Assembly: GCA_945860565.1 (NCBI GenBank)
Contig: CAMAQS010000003.1
Location: 1,933 to 65,932 of the forward strand
Length of the DNA stretch: 64,000 nt
Direction of reading: 5' to 3'
DNA from: Chitinophaga pinensis
GTDB taxonomy: Bacteria > Bacteroidota > Bacteroidia > NS11-12g > UBA955
Shown here: piece by piece, positions 19,462 to 29,021 of the stretch
How positions within the stretch are numbered: the stretch's first letter is position 1
Layout: every line of letters begins with the position of its first letter
Program-made: the position numbers and the translations under genes
Notes under the pieces: model-generated
The model's database searches: none
What the model was told of the DNA's origin: nothing
The model's input: only the letters and a program-made list of their open reading frames with translations

Positions 19462-20742
19462 ATGCATTTCGAAAATAATCAAAAGTTTGCTCAAAATTTA
19501 GATTCTGCAGATAAATTGAAACAATACAAGGAGGAATTTATATTCCCGTCAAATTCAGACAATGTCCCTACCTTATATTTTTGTGGTAACTCATTGGGTC
19601 TTCAGCCAAAAGGTGCACTACATTCATTACAAGTTGAATTAACTGACTGGGGTAAGCTTGGAGTTGAAGGACATTTTCATGGCAATAATCCATGGTTTCA
19701 TTACCACAAATTCTTAACAGATTATTCTGCAAATGTTGTTGGTGCAAACCCTATAGAAGTTGTTGTTATGAATCACTTAACGGTAAATTTACATCTTCTG
19801 TTTGCAACTTTTTATAGACCCACAAAAAACAGATTTAAAATCATTATGGAGGCTGGCGCCTTTCCTTCTGATATGTATGCTATAGAAAGCCAAGCGCTAT
19901 TTCATGGATTAAACCCTGATGAGGTAATAATTGAAATATCTCCTCGAGATGGTGAATTTACACTCCGAACTGAAGACATACTCGATACCATTGAACAAAA
20001 TAAAACAGATACTGCTTTGGTGTTTTTTAGTGGAGTGCAATATTACACTGGTCAGTATTTCGACATTCGTTCGATAACACAAAAAGCACATGAAGTTGGT
20101 GCCTTTGCTGGATTTGACCTTGCTCATGCGGCCGGTAATTTAGATTTAAAATTACATGAATGGGACGTTGATTTTGCAGCTTGGTGTTCCTATAAATATT
20201 TAAACAGTGGGCCTGGAAATGTAGGAGGTGTATTTATTCATGAAAAACATTGTACCAATCCTTCAACCCCGAGATTGTCTGGATGGTGGGGACATCAAGA
20301 AGAAAGTCGATTTTTGATGAAAAAAGGATATATACCCGAATTAGGAGCCGCTGGTTGGCAATTGTCCAATGCCCCTGTTTTCGGAATGGCTGTTCATTTG
20401 GTAAGTCTAAAATTATTTGAAACTGCCAAAATTGAAAATCTGCGCAATAAAAGTATTCAACTTACAAATTACTTACAATTTGTATTGGAAGATGCAAAAT
20501 CCAAAAATCTCGATTTAGATTTCAATATCATTACTCCTAGTGATTCAAATTCAAGAGGCGCTCAGTTATCACTGCTGTTCGAAAAAAATGGTCGTGCGGT
20601 TTTTGACCACATCACAAAAAATAATTCAATTGTAGATTGGAGAGAACCAAACGTTATTCGTATAGCTCCAGCTCCTTTATACAATTCATTTGAGGATGTG
20701 CAAAAATTGGGCGAAATTTTTGCTTCTTTTAGTAAAATCTAA
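19462..20742 (+). CDS. kynU: kynureninase
   Basis: PLP-enzyme pattern including CSYKYLNSGPG (PLP lysine) and GWWGH. Start chosen at MHFENNQKFA, consistent with kynureninase N-termini and the upstream -7 box. Confidence 0.9.
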   Translation: MHFENNQKFAQNLDSADKLKQYKEEFIFPSNSDNVPTLYFCGNSLGLQPKGALHSLQVELTDWGKLGVEGHFHGNNPWFHYHKFLTDYSANVVGANPIEVVVMNHLTVNLHLLFATFYRPTKNRFKIIMEAGAFPSDMYAIESQALFHGLNPDEVIIEISPRDGEFTLRTEDILDTIEQNKTDTALVFFSGVQYYTGQYFDIRSITQKAHEVGAFAGFDLAHAAGNLDLKLHEWDVDFAAWCSYKYLNSGPGNVGGVFIHEKHCTNPSTPRLSGWWGHQEESRFLMKKGYIPELGAAGWQLSNAPVFGMAVHLVSLKLFETAKIENLRNKSIQLTNYLQFVLEDAKSKNLDLDFNIITPSDSNSRGAQLSLLFEKNGRAVFDHITKNNSIVDWREPNVIRIAPAPLYNSFEDVQKLGEIFASFSKI

Positions 20743-20836
20743 TCGGCAAATTGTTCTTGTCTAATTTATCCTTTTATTTCCATCAATTATTTCAATTATC
20801 CCGTCGCGTTTTAGTAACCATTTGAGCGATTAATTG

Positions 20837-20844
20837 TAATTTTG
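20837..20844 (+). promoter_or_regulatory. candidate -7 promoter box TAATTTTG upstream of ftsH
   Basis: Exact TAnnTTTG match about 44 nt upstream of the ftsH ATG. No well-spaced -33 element seen. Confidence 0.25.
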
Positions 20845-20887
20845 AAAGTAACTAAATTATTAACAAAAGATTTTTTAAAAAAATAAA

Positions 20888-22972
20888 ATGAGTGAAGAGT
20901 TAAAATCCCCAAATAAAAAACCCAACGGTTTCAAATTCAATCATTATTGGATATACGGCATATTGTTTATTGTTTTCCTTGCCTTGAATTTTCTGCCTAA
21001 AAGTTCAGGTCAACCGACTACTTGGAATGAAGTGAGAGAAATGATAGTTAAAGGCGATGTAAAAGAAATAAAACTTATCAATGACCGATATCTTGAAGTT
21101 TTTCTAACGGCAGAAGCTACCAAGCAAAAAAACTATGAAAAATCGCGAAAAAGAGAAGATATGTTTGGTCAAACTGAACCCAATTTTAGTTTTGAAATTG
21201 AAAAAGGGTATTTCAATAATGAAATTCAAGACTTAAAAAAGAACATAAGTAATACGAATTATCCGGTGGTTAAATTCGAAAGTCACAGTGACATATTTGG
21301 CCAACTATTTCAATGGGTAATATTCATAGCTATCTTTTTAATCTTTTGGAATCTTGCATTTAAAAAAATGGGCGGCGGCGGTTCCGGTGGTGGTCCGAAT
21401 ATATTTTCAATTGGTAGAGCCCGTGCACAATTATTTGACAAAGACACAAAAGTAAACGTATCTTTTAAAGATGTTGCTGGTTTGGAAGAAGCAAAAGAAG
21501 AAGTAATGGAAATCGTTGACTTTTTGAAAACTCCAAAAAAATATACAGATTTAGGGGGAAAAATACCAAAGGGTGCCTTATTGGTTGGCCCTCCTGGAAC
21601 AGGTAAAACTCTATTGGCAAAAGCAGTTGCTGGAGAAGCCGGTGTTCCTTTCTTCTCTTTATCAGGATCAGATTTCGTTGAAATGTTTGTTGGTGTTGGA
21701 GCAAGTAGAGTAAGAGACTTATTCAAACAGGCAAAAGAAAAAGCACCCGCAATTATTTTTATTGATGAAATCGATGCAATTGGTAGAGCTAGAGGTAAAA
21801 ATCTTGTTCAAAGTTCTAACGACGAAAGAGAAAATACATTAAATCAATTGTTAGCAGAAATGGACGGCTTTGGAACAGATTCAGGCGTAATTATTTTGGC
21901 AGCCACTAATAGAGCTGACATATTAGATAGTGCATTAATGAGACCGGGAAGATTTGACAGACAAATTTCCGTCGATAGACCAGATATAGTTGGTAGAGAG
22001 CAGATTTTTGGCGTTCATTTAAAGCCACTTATTAAATTGTCTACTGATGTAGATGCTCATAAACTTGCCTTACAAACACCGGGATTTGCTGGTGCAGAAA
22101 TTGCCAATGTTTGCAATGAAGCTGCCCTTATTGCAGCAAGAAGAAATAAAGCCCTAGTTGAAATGAAAGATTTTCAAGATGCCATTGATAGAGTGATTGG
22201 TGGCCTTGAAAAGAAAAATAAAATCATTTCACCAGAAGAGAAAAGCATTGTAGCCTATCATGAAGCTGGCCATGCAGTAGCTGGATGGTTTTTAGAATTT
22301 GCCGATCCTTTGTTAAAAGTTTCTATTGTTCCGAGGGGTGTTGCAGCTCTTGGCTATGCCCAATATTTACCAAAAGAACAATATCTATACAGAACTGAAC
22401 AATTGTTGGATAGCATGGCAATGACCCTTGGTGGTAGAGCTGCTGAACAAATATTCTTTGGAAAAGTCTCCACAGGTGCTCAAAATGATTTAGAAAGAAT
22501 TACAAAACTTGCCTATAGCATGGTTACTATTTACGGGATGAGTGAAAAAGTAGGTCAAGTTAGTTTTAATGATCCTACAGGTGAATATGGATACCAACGT
22601 CCATATTCAGAAAAAACTGCAGAAATGATAGATCAAGAAGTTCGTGCAATGATTGACGCTGCATATCAAAGAACACTGGAACTTCTATCTAGTAAAAAAT
22701 CTGAGGTAGAGTCTATTGCTAAAGAATTACTTGATAAAGAAATAATATTCAAAATTGATTTAGAACGACTCATTGGTAAAAGACCTTTTGAAGAAGATGA
22801 GAACGTAGGGTCAGTTCAAAAAATAACAGAAGACATAAAAGACTCTGATTTTGCAAATCTGACATCTGCAACTGACGAAAATGTATTACCCACTATTGGC
22901 CCTAAAGAAGACCCAATAGATCAACCAAATAATGGAGAAGATCCTCCAGTTGATTATGACAATAAAAATTAA
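20888..22972 (+). CDS. ftsH: ATP-dependent zinc metalloprotease FtsH
   Basis: Walker [19 protein letters not shown], Walker [10 protein letters not shown], zinc site HEAGHAV, N-terminal TM helices. Confidence 0.97.
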   Translation: MSEELKSPNKKPNGFKFNHYWIYGILFIVFLALNFLPKSSGQPTTWNEVREMIVKGDVKEIKLINDRYLEVFLTAEATKQKNYEKSRKREDMFGQTEPNFSFEIEKGYFNNEIQDLKKNISNTNYPVVKFESHSDIFGQLFQWVIFIAIFLIFWNLAFKKMGGGGSGGGPNIFSIGRARAQLFDKDTKVNVSFKDVAGLEEAKEEVMEIVDFLKTPKKYTDLGGKIPKGALLVGPPGTGKTLLAKAVAGEAGVPFFSLSGSDFVEMFVGVGASRVRDLFKQAKEKAPAIIFIDEIDAIGRARGKNLVQSSNDERENTLNQLLAEMDGFGTDSGVIILAATNRADILDSALMRPGRFDRQISVDRPDIVGREQIFGVHLKPLIKLSTDVDAHKLALQTPGFAGAEIANVCNEAALIAARRNKALVEMKDFQDAIDRVIGGLEKKNKIISPEEKSIVAYHEAGHAVAGWFLEFADPLLKVSIVPRGVAALGYAQYLPKEQYLYRTEQLLDSMAMTLGGRAAEQIFFGKVSTGAQNDLERITKLAYSMVTIYGMSEKVGQVSFNDPTGEYGYQRPYSEKTAEMIDQEVRAMIDAAYQRTLELLSSKKSEVESIAKELLDKEIIFKIDLERLIGKRPFEEDENVGSVQKITEDIKDSDFANLTSATDENVLPTIGPKEDPIDQPNNGEDPPVDYDNKN

Positions 22973-22973
22973 T

Positions 22974-22999
22974 GAATTGGGATCTTACGATCCCAATTC
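22974..22999. terminator. bidirectional hairpin between convergent ftsH and ABC transporter genes
   Basis: Perfect 11-bp stem GAATTGGGATC / GATCCCAATTC with loop TTAC. The minus-strand gene's stop codon (22985..22987) lies in the loop. Confidence 0.55.
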
Positions 23000-24811
23000 T
23001 TGTAATTGAATTAAACTTGAATACAAACCACCATTTGAAAGTAGTTCCAAGTGGGTACCCATTTCAACAATTTTTCCTTTTTCTAGAACAACAATTTTAT
23101 CTGCATGTATTACAGTACTCAATCTATGAGCAATGACAAGGCTCGTACGATTCATTTTAAGCACCTCTAATGCCTCTTGTACTACTTTTTCGCTATGACT
23201 ATCTAAGGCTGATGTTGCTTCGTCTAGAATTAATATCTGCGGATTCCTTAATAATGCACGAGCAATAGATATTCTCTGTTTCTGTCCGCCCGAAAGTTTA
23301 CCTCCTCGTTCTCCAACTTCAGTTTCATACCCTCTTTCCATTACATGAATAAACTCATGGGCATTAGCCGCTTTGGCGGCATCAACAACTTCATCCAATG
23401 TCTTATCAGGCCGGCCAAAAGCTATATTATTTCTCACTGTATCATTAAACAAAATACTCTCTTGATTAACAATTCCAATTAACTTCCTTAATTCATCTTG
23501 TGTAAATTCTCTAATATCCACCCCGTCAATTGTGATTTGTCCACTTGTGACATCATAAAAGCGACTTAAAAGATCTGTAATGGTGGTTTTCCCCGAACCA
23601 GAAGGGCCGACAAAGGCAATAGTCTCCCCCTTTTTAATTTCCAATCTAATATTTTCAAGTACAGGTATATCTTCATTGTAGGAAAATCCTACATTCTCAA
23701 AAGCAATACTTCTTTCAAAATTTGGAATTTTTGGGTTAATGGGATCTTTAACCAACTCAGGTGCAGTAACCAATTCTTGAATTCTTTCTAAACTGGCCAT
23801 TCCTTTCTGGGCAGAATATAAAGCATTTGAAAAAGCCTTAAACGGAGGAATCAATTGACTAAAAATTGCAAAATAAGTAAGGAAAAACTCAGGATCTAAT
23901 TCATTTCTAAATACCATAGAACCCCCTAACCAAAGTAGTACAGCAGAAACAGAAATACCTATAGTCTCAGAAACAGGGGAAGACAAGTCATATCTCCTTT
24001 GAACGGCTACATTATTTCTTGTATACTCTGAATCTTGGGCTTTATATCTATTGGCAAAAAAAGCGGTTGCATTAAATGCTTTAATAATTCTTATTCCCCC
24101 TAGTGTTTCTTCAAAAGAACTCATTACTCTTCCCAGTAACTCTTGATTCTTTTGGGATTTCTTTCGAAGGGATTTACCAATTAACCCAATAATTATGGCT
24201 GTAATGGGTAAAAATAAGAGAATGTAAAGTGTCAATTGGGCAGATAAAAAAACCAACGCAGCTAAAAAAATGACAATGTTCAATGGTTGAAAATACAGTG
24301 CTTCCAGTGATACCATTAGAGCAAACTCTATCTCTTTAATATCGTTACTCATTTTAGACATCAAATCACCTTTACGTTCATTGTTAAAAAAAGAAATAGG
24401 GAGATTCAAACACTTATTGTAAATATCCAATCGCATTTTTTGAATACTTCTATTTCTAATCATGACCATAAAATTCATGGCTGTAAATCGCGAAATGTTT
24501 TTAAATATTGTTATAACTACCAAACCGACGCATAAATACAAAAGCGCTTTAAATGGTTGACCTTTTGCCATTTCACCAAACCAAATCAAAAAATCTTGAT
24601 AAATAGAAGAAAACAAAGCGCTAACGCCATTACTCTGCGGTTTTAAATTGTTTACATCTTGATTCTTACTGAATAAAAACTTCAATACGGGCATAATCAA
24701 CAACAGTGTACCTAGTTGAAAAAAGATATAAAATAAGTTAAAAATAAAATTACCAATGATTAGTGATTTGTAATCACTCGCATATCGTAAAAATTTAAGT
24801 ACAGCTTTCAA
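22985..24811 (-). CDS. ABC transporter ATP-binding/permease protein (MsbA-like exporter)
   Basis: N-terminal six-TM domain, Walker A GPSGSGKTT, signature LSGGQKQR, Walker B ILILDEATSALD. Confidence 0.9.
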   Translation of the reverse strand: MKAVLKFLRYASDYKSLIIGNFIFNLFYIFFQLGTLLLIMPVLKFLFSKNQDVNNLKPQSNGVSALFSSIYQDFLIWFGEMAKGQPFKALLYLCVGLVVITIFKNISRFTAMNFMVMIRNRSIQKMRLDIYNKCLNLPISFFNNERKGDLMSKMSNDIKEIEFALMVSLEALYFQPLNIVIFLAALVFLSAQLTLYILLFLPITAIIIGLIGKSLRKKSQKNQELLGRVMSSFEETLGGIRIIKAFNATAFFANRYKAQDSEYTRNNVAVQRRYDLSSPVSETIGISVSAVLLWLGGSMVFRNELDPEFFLTYFAIFSQLIPPFKAFSNALYSAQKGMASLERIQELVTAPELVKDPINPKIPNFERSIAFENVGFSYNEDIPVLENIRLEIKKGETIAFVGPSGSGKTTITDLLSRFYDVTSGQITIDGVDIREFTQDELRKLIGIVNQESILFNDTVRNNIAFGRPDKTLDEVVDAAKAANAHEFIHVMERGYETEVGERGGKLSGGQKQRISIARALLRNPQILILDEATSALDSHSEKVVQEALEVLKMNRTSLVIAHRLSTVIHADKIVVLEKGKIVEMGTHLELLSNGGLYSSLIQLQELGS

Positions 24812-24841
24812 ATTAGAACAAATTTAAGTATAGTTAGGCAT

Positions 24842-24871
24842 AAAAAAAGGGGGCCTAAACCCCCTTTTTTA
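24842..24871 (-). terminator. rho-independent terminator downstream of the Calx-beta protein gene
   Basis: A-run, GGGGG, loop CCTAAA, CCCCC, T-run. The flanking A and T runs are symmetric. Confidence 0.6.
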
Positions 24872-24891
24872 TTCTGAAAATTTCGTTGTTC

Positions 24892-27800
24892 TTATTTTAC
24901 TATCAATTTCGAATTATAAACCTGTCCGTCGAATGCTATAAATTTGATGAAATGAATCCCAGTATTTGAAGTCATGTCAATTTTTATATTATCTGAAGTA
25001 AAATCATAGTTGTTCAATTCAATGTTTTGAAGTAAACGACCAGAAATATCTGTAATTTCAATTTTGCGAATAATATTTCTAACATTTGATACCGTAAAAA
25101 CCCCAGATGTTGGATTAGGGTATAATTTCATATTGGTTTCTGAAATATTTTTTACTGAGGAAGGCTCATTGTCTTTAATCGTTAAAGTAATCACCGAATC
25201 AGAACCAATACTACCAGGACCTTTTAGATTCCGTAAAGCAAAAATCAATGTTTTGTCTTCATCACCAACTAAATCATCTGAAATATTCGCCTTAATTGAA
25301 TAATAATTATTGTTCTTAATAACATTGATTGACTTTGTAGCGTAATCATAATCTCTAGGTGAAATTGCAGTTCCACCAATTTGAACAACGTCTACTGTAA
25401 AGTTTTCGTCAGTTGGACTTATTAATAATTCCATTTTAAAAGAGTCAGCAAGCTCTGTTACTTCATCTGTGGATTTATTAAACTTTATTACTGGTAAATT
25501 GGCAACACTAAAATCACTTATTGACCTCGGCGCCAAATAGTATTTTTCAAAATATGGAGCTTTGTTATCATATTGAATACCTAAACCTGAAACATTAAAA
25601 TAACCAACTGGCGCTGGATTTCCATCAATATTTGTTTCAGCATCTATATTAAGTGTATCAATTTGACCATTTGTTCCCATTACTCTAACATATTTGAATC
25701 CATTTGCCGACAATGCATTTACTGGCCATTCGGTTTCATCTACCAAAATCACCCTCCTAATTTGACATAAATCTGATTCTGTTGAAGCGTCAACTATAGA
25801 AATCGTTTTTGGATTCTTTAATTTACTATTCGCACTAATCCAAACTATTGTATCTAGAAAATCCATTTGTGCAGTTCCCTGGAAATGAGAAATTCTACCT
25901 TGTACCATCACTGAATCCCCTTCTTTTACGGCATAGCCATATGTTTTGGTTGGAGAAAAAATACCTAAACCACCAGTTACGTCTCTCAAAGTAAACCCTA
26001 ATCCCGCAGAACGCGTATTTACACCATAAACAACACCAAATACTCTACAAAACACACCAGAAGAATCAGGTGTTCCATCAGATTTTGTTTGCTTGTTTAC
26101 TGTTCCAATATTGTATATTGGTAGATCATTATCCTTTATTATAATTCTAAAAGTATCTGGTTTAACAATAGCAATATTTGATACATTAATTAGGTCAAAC
26201 TTTAAACTCTCAGTAATCTCAAAAGTTTGATCATTCACAATCGGAATACTGTAAACTAAAGTATCTGGAGAATTCGAACTTATTGATTTAATCTGTGAAA
26301 CTGGATTAAATTTAAAATCCAGTGATTCTTTAGCAGAACTTTCTGCTGTTAATAATCTGAGTGCAAAATCACCACCAGCTGATTTTTTTCTTATAACTCT
26401 AATTCTGACATCTACAGAACCAACATTTTCATTGATGTTTACAACATTTCCTATCATTTGAATTGTTGACGGACCGTCATTGTCCTCAATTACGACCAAA
26501 GTAGTAGAATCAGTAATAAATCCTTCTCCTGATATTTTCCTCAATACTAAAGTGATTGAATCATCTTTATCCGAAAAAATATCCTCATAAACATTTGCAA
26601 AAATGACAATTGAATCTGTACCCGTTGACTTACCAAAATCGAAAGTCGAATCCTTGTATCCAACACCCAAAGAGAATTCAACAGGTATGGATGTACTATC
26701 GCCTTGATTTTTTACAAATAATTTTAATTTCGTAGGACTGGTTACTGCGCGATCCATTTTAATTTCAATACCTACTTTTCCATCAGCTTCATCGACATTA
26801 ATTTGTTTCTTGGTAATTGAAATATTGGCAACATCATTGTCAGATACAGAAACACTATGTGATGTTTCAACACCTAATTTTCCATTTGATACTTGGTCTA
26901 ATTTAAAGAATATATTTTCCGTTCCTTCTGAAATATTATCATCAACAAGTGTTATCACTGTTGTGTCCAAACCATCGAAAGAAGCGGGTTTAAACACTAT
27001 ATCTCTAGGTAAAGAGCTTGTAAAATCTGTTCCAGAAATTGCACTACCACCACTAACTGTCAATCTAACTTTCGAACTTGTTGAATTACTGTATTTTCTA
27101 CTTACAAAGATTCGGTGGATCCCATTGCCCTCGTTGGACAATGACGATCTCGTTGAAAATTCTATTAAAGGTTGAACCAATGGAGCGTCATTTTCACTTA
27201 GATATAAAGCACTACTTGACGCACTACCACCCCTTGGATTTATTGTGTTTATTTTATTTGGGCCCCAAATACCGTCTGAATCAATGTGTGTATATAAGGC
27301 AAAACCAGTGCTTACTGAAAGATGTGATATAGCCAAAACACCCGTTGATAAATCATTTGGTATAATACCTCCCCAATAACCCGTCTTTTTGTATACATTA
27401 GAATTGAAATAAGTAGCTAATGAACTTAAATTAGCGCCAGTATACATACCAGGTGTTTGAATAGAAGTCACGGTTAACGGACGTCCAAATCCATTTACAT
27501 TGTCATATAATGCAACAAAGTTCATTGTATCACCATAACATTTACCATATATTCCAGTACCTTGATTTGGGTTTGAAGTACTGCCATAGTAAATTACTTT
27601 CATTGAATCAGCGCAGTAATAACGAATTGTATCATTGTTGCTCATTCCAATAGCCGTAAATGCCAAGTAGGTATATTTTCCGGTATCTGTGTAGGTAGCA
27701 TTACCTGTTCCAACCAATCCAAACCAACCTTCATATTCACCCATCATATTTGTATTCAATGTATCATGACCGCCTGTTGAGGTTAGGGAAGCATTTGTTG

Positions 27801-28101
27801 TATATCTATGTCTACCCTTGTCATCAATAAACATTTGATTTGCAGCCCCGACAGTTAGCAAGTTGGTATCAATGTCTTTTGCTCGAATTGCTCTAACTAC
27901 ATATTTGTAGGAAGAGTTGGGCCTTAAGTTTTGAATCCTTAATCTCATGTAATTTACATTTCTTTGTGAGGATAATCCACTTACAAAATATTGTGGAACA
28001 ATAACACCAGAAATACCTGTAGACGTCTTTTTTTGAGCCACCAACTGGTTGGATACCATGATCAAAGCAGTTAAGGCGAATGCGTAGAATCTTTTCATCA
28101 T
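24892..28101 (-). CDS. large secreted Calx-beta repeat protein with T9SS C-terminal sorting domain
   Basis: Signal peptide. Several Calx-beta-like modules end in DD/DND motifs (VITLVDDNISEGTENIFFKL, VVIEDNDGPS, IIIKDNDLP, TLTIKDNEPS). C-terminus KLYPNPTSGVFTV...GIHFIKF...KLIVK matches the T9SS type A sorting domain pattern. Confidence 0.8.
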   Translation of the reverse strand: MMKRFYAFALTALIMVSNQLVAQKKTSTGISGVIVPQYFVSGLSSQRNVNYMRLRIQNLRPNSSYKYVVRAIRAKDIDTNLLTVGAANQMFIDDKGRHRYTTNASLTSTGGHDTLNTNMMGEYEGWFGLVGTGNATYTDTGKYTYLAFTAIGMSNNDTIRYYCADSMKVIYYGSTSNPNQGTGIYGKCYGDTMNFVALYDNVNGFGRPLTVTSIQTPGMYTGANLSSLATYFNSNVYKKTGYWGGIIPNDLSTGVLAISHLSVSTGFALYTHIDSDGIWGPNKINTINPRGGSASSSALYLSENDAPLVQPLIEFSTRSSLSNEGNGIHRIFVSRKYSNSTSSKVRLTVSGGSAISGTDFTSSLPRDIVFKPASFDGLDTTVITLVDDNISEGTENIFFKLDQVSNGKLGVETSHSVSVSDNDVANISITKKQINVDEADGKVGIEIKMDRAVTSPTKLKLFVKNQGDSTSIPVEFSLGVGYKDSTFDFGKSTGTDSIVIFANVYEDIFSDKDDSITLVLRKISGEGFITDSTTLVVIEDNDGPSTIQMIGNVVNINENVGSVDVRIRVIRKKSAGGDFALRLLTAESSAKESLDFKFNPVSQIKSISSNSPDTLVYSIPIVNDQTFEITESLKFDLINVSNIAIVKPDTFRIIIKDNDLPIYNIGTVNKQTKSDGTPDSSGVFCRVFGVVYGVNTRSAGLGFTLRDVTGGLGIFSPTKTYGYAVKEGDSVMVQGRISHFQGTAQMDFLDTIVWISANSKLKNPKTISIVDASTESDLCQIRRVILVDETEWPVNALSANGFKYVRVMGTNGQIDTLNIDAETNIDGNPAPVGYFNVSGLGIQYDNKAPYFEKYYLAPRSISDFSVANLPVIKFNKSTDEVTELADSFKMELLISPTDENFTVDVVQIGGTAISPRDYDYATKSINVIKNNNYYSIKANISDDLVGDEDKTLIFALRNLKGPGSIGSDSVITLTIKDNEPSSVKNISETNMKLYPNPTSGVFTVSNVRNIIRKIEITDISGRLLQNIELNNYDFTSDNIKIDMTSNTGIHFIKFIAFDGQVYNSKLIVK

Positions 28102-28124
28102 TGAATTTTTTATAAAAATCTTAG

Positions 28125-28132
28125 CAAAGTTA
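28125..28132 (-). promoter_or_regulatory. candidate -7 promoter box (TAACTTTG on minus strand) for the Calx-beta protein gene
   Basis: Plus-strand CAAAGTTA is TAACTTTG on the minus strand, about 23 nt upstream of the ATG at 28101. Confidence 0.3.
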
Positions 28133-28239
28133 GTCTAAATTTTGACTGTTACAGCCATATATACTACACAAATTCAGGAATTGGATAAACTTTACAATAT
28201 CATCACATTTCAACTTTAAAATTTATAATTTCATAACTG

Positions 28240-28947
28240 TCAATTTGTATACGCCAAAGAAAGGACTGTGATTTTAATATCCTTCACTTTGTGAATAGCC
28301 AAAATACAACTTTCTATAGTTGCACCTGTTGTAATTACATCGTCTACAAGAGCTATATGTTTAACTTTTCCAATCAAATCTTTGAAACTATAGATTTGTT
28401 CAGCATTCTGGAGTCTTTCAATGCGGTTCTTTTTAGTTTGTGTTTTTTTGTTGGCTAATCGCAAAAGGGAAGAAGTACTAACTTCAAGGTTTAAGGCTTT
28501 CCCCAAACCAATGGCAACGCATTCCGCTTGGTTATAGCCTCTTGTTTTTAGCTTTTTTTCATGTAAAGGAACGGGAATAATTAATTCTATAGATTGAATT
28601 TCTGGTGAATTATTCTTCAACCAATAGCCATAATCTGAACCCATTTGAATGCCAATGGATTTATTCCCATGATATTTTAGTTCTTTGAGTATATTGGCGT
28701 AATTAGAGCCCGCATTGTAATAAAAAAACGATCCCGCTGACACAACATTACACCTTCCCCAAAACGTTTTTTCTATCGCATTTTGCGTTCCCAATATAAA
28801 ATAAGTTAACGGCAAACTACCTTGACAACATAGACACAAATGCGTTTCGTATTTTCCAAATATAACCTCACCACAGACTATACAATGTCGCGGAAAAATG
28901 ACGTCAATTATACCACCAATGACTTCTTTTCCAAAATTTAATTTCAT
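28240..28947 (-). CDS. comF: ComF family protein (phosphoribosyltransferase domain)
   Basis: N-terminal CxxC...CxxC zinc finger and C-terminal PRT motif ALVDDVITTGAT. Confidence 0.85.
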   Translation of the reverse strand: MKLNFGKEVIGGIIDVIFPRHCIVCGEVIFGKYETHLCLCCQGSLPLTYFILGTQNAIEKTFWGRCNVVSAGSFFYYNAGSNYANILKELKYHGNKSIGIQMGSDYGYWLKNNSPEIQSIELIIPVPLHEKKLKTRGYNQAECVAIGLGKALNLEVSTSSLLRLANKKTQTKKNRIERLQNAEQIYSFKDLIGKVKHIALVDDVITTGATIESCILAIHKVKDIKITVLSLAYTN

Positions 28948-29021
28948 CGATAATTTGTTGAATTAGACAAGTTTTTTGAGAACATCCCCCAAAACAAAAA
29001 ATATCACCGAAATTTGCAGCA

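Noticed and set aside
21310-21726. Minus-strand ORFs inside ftsH (21310..21726 and 21465..21704).
   Set aside because: They are antisense to the highly conserved AAA+ module of ftsH and show low-complexity P/G/K composition. They are shadow ORFs.
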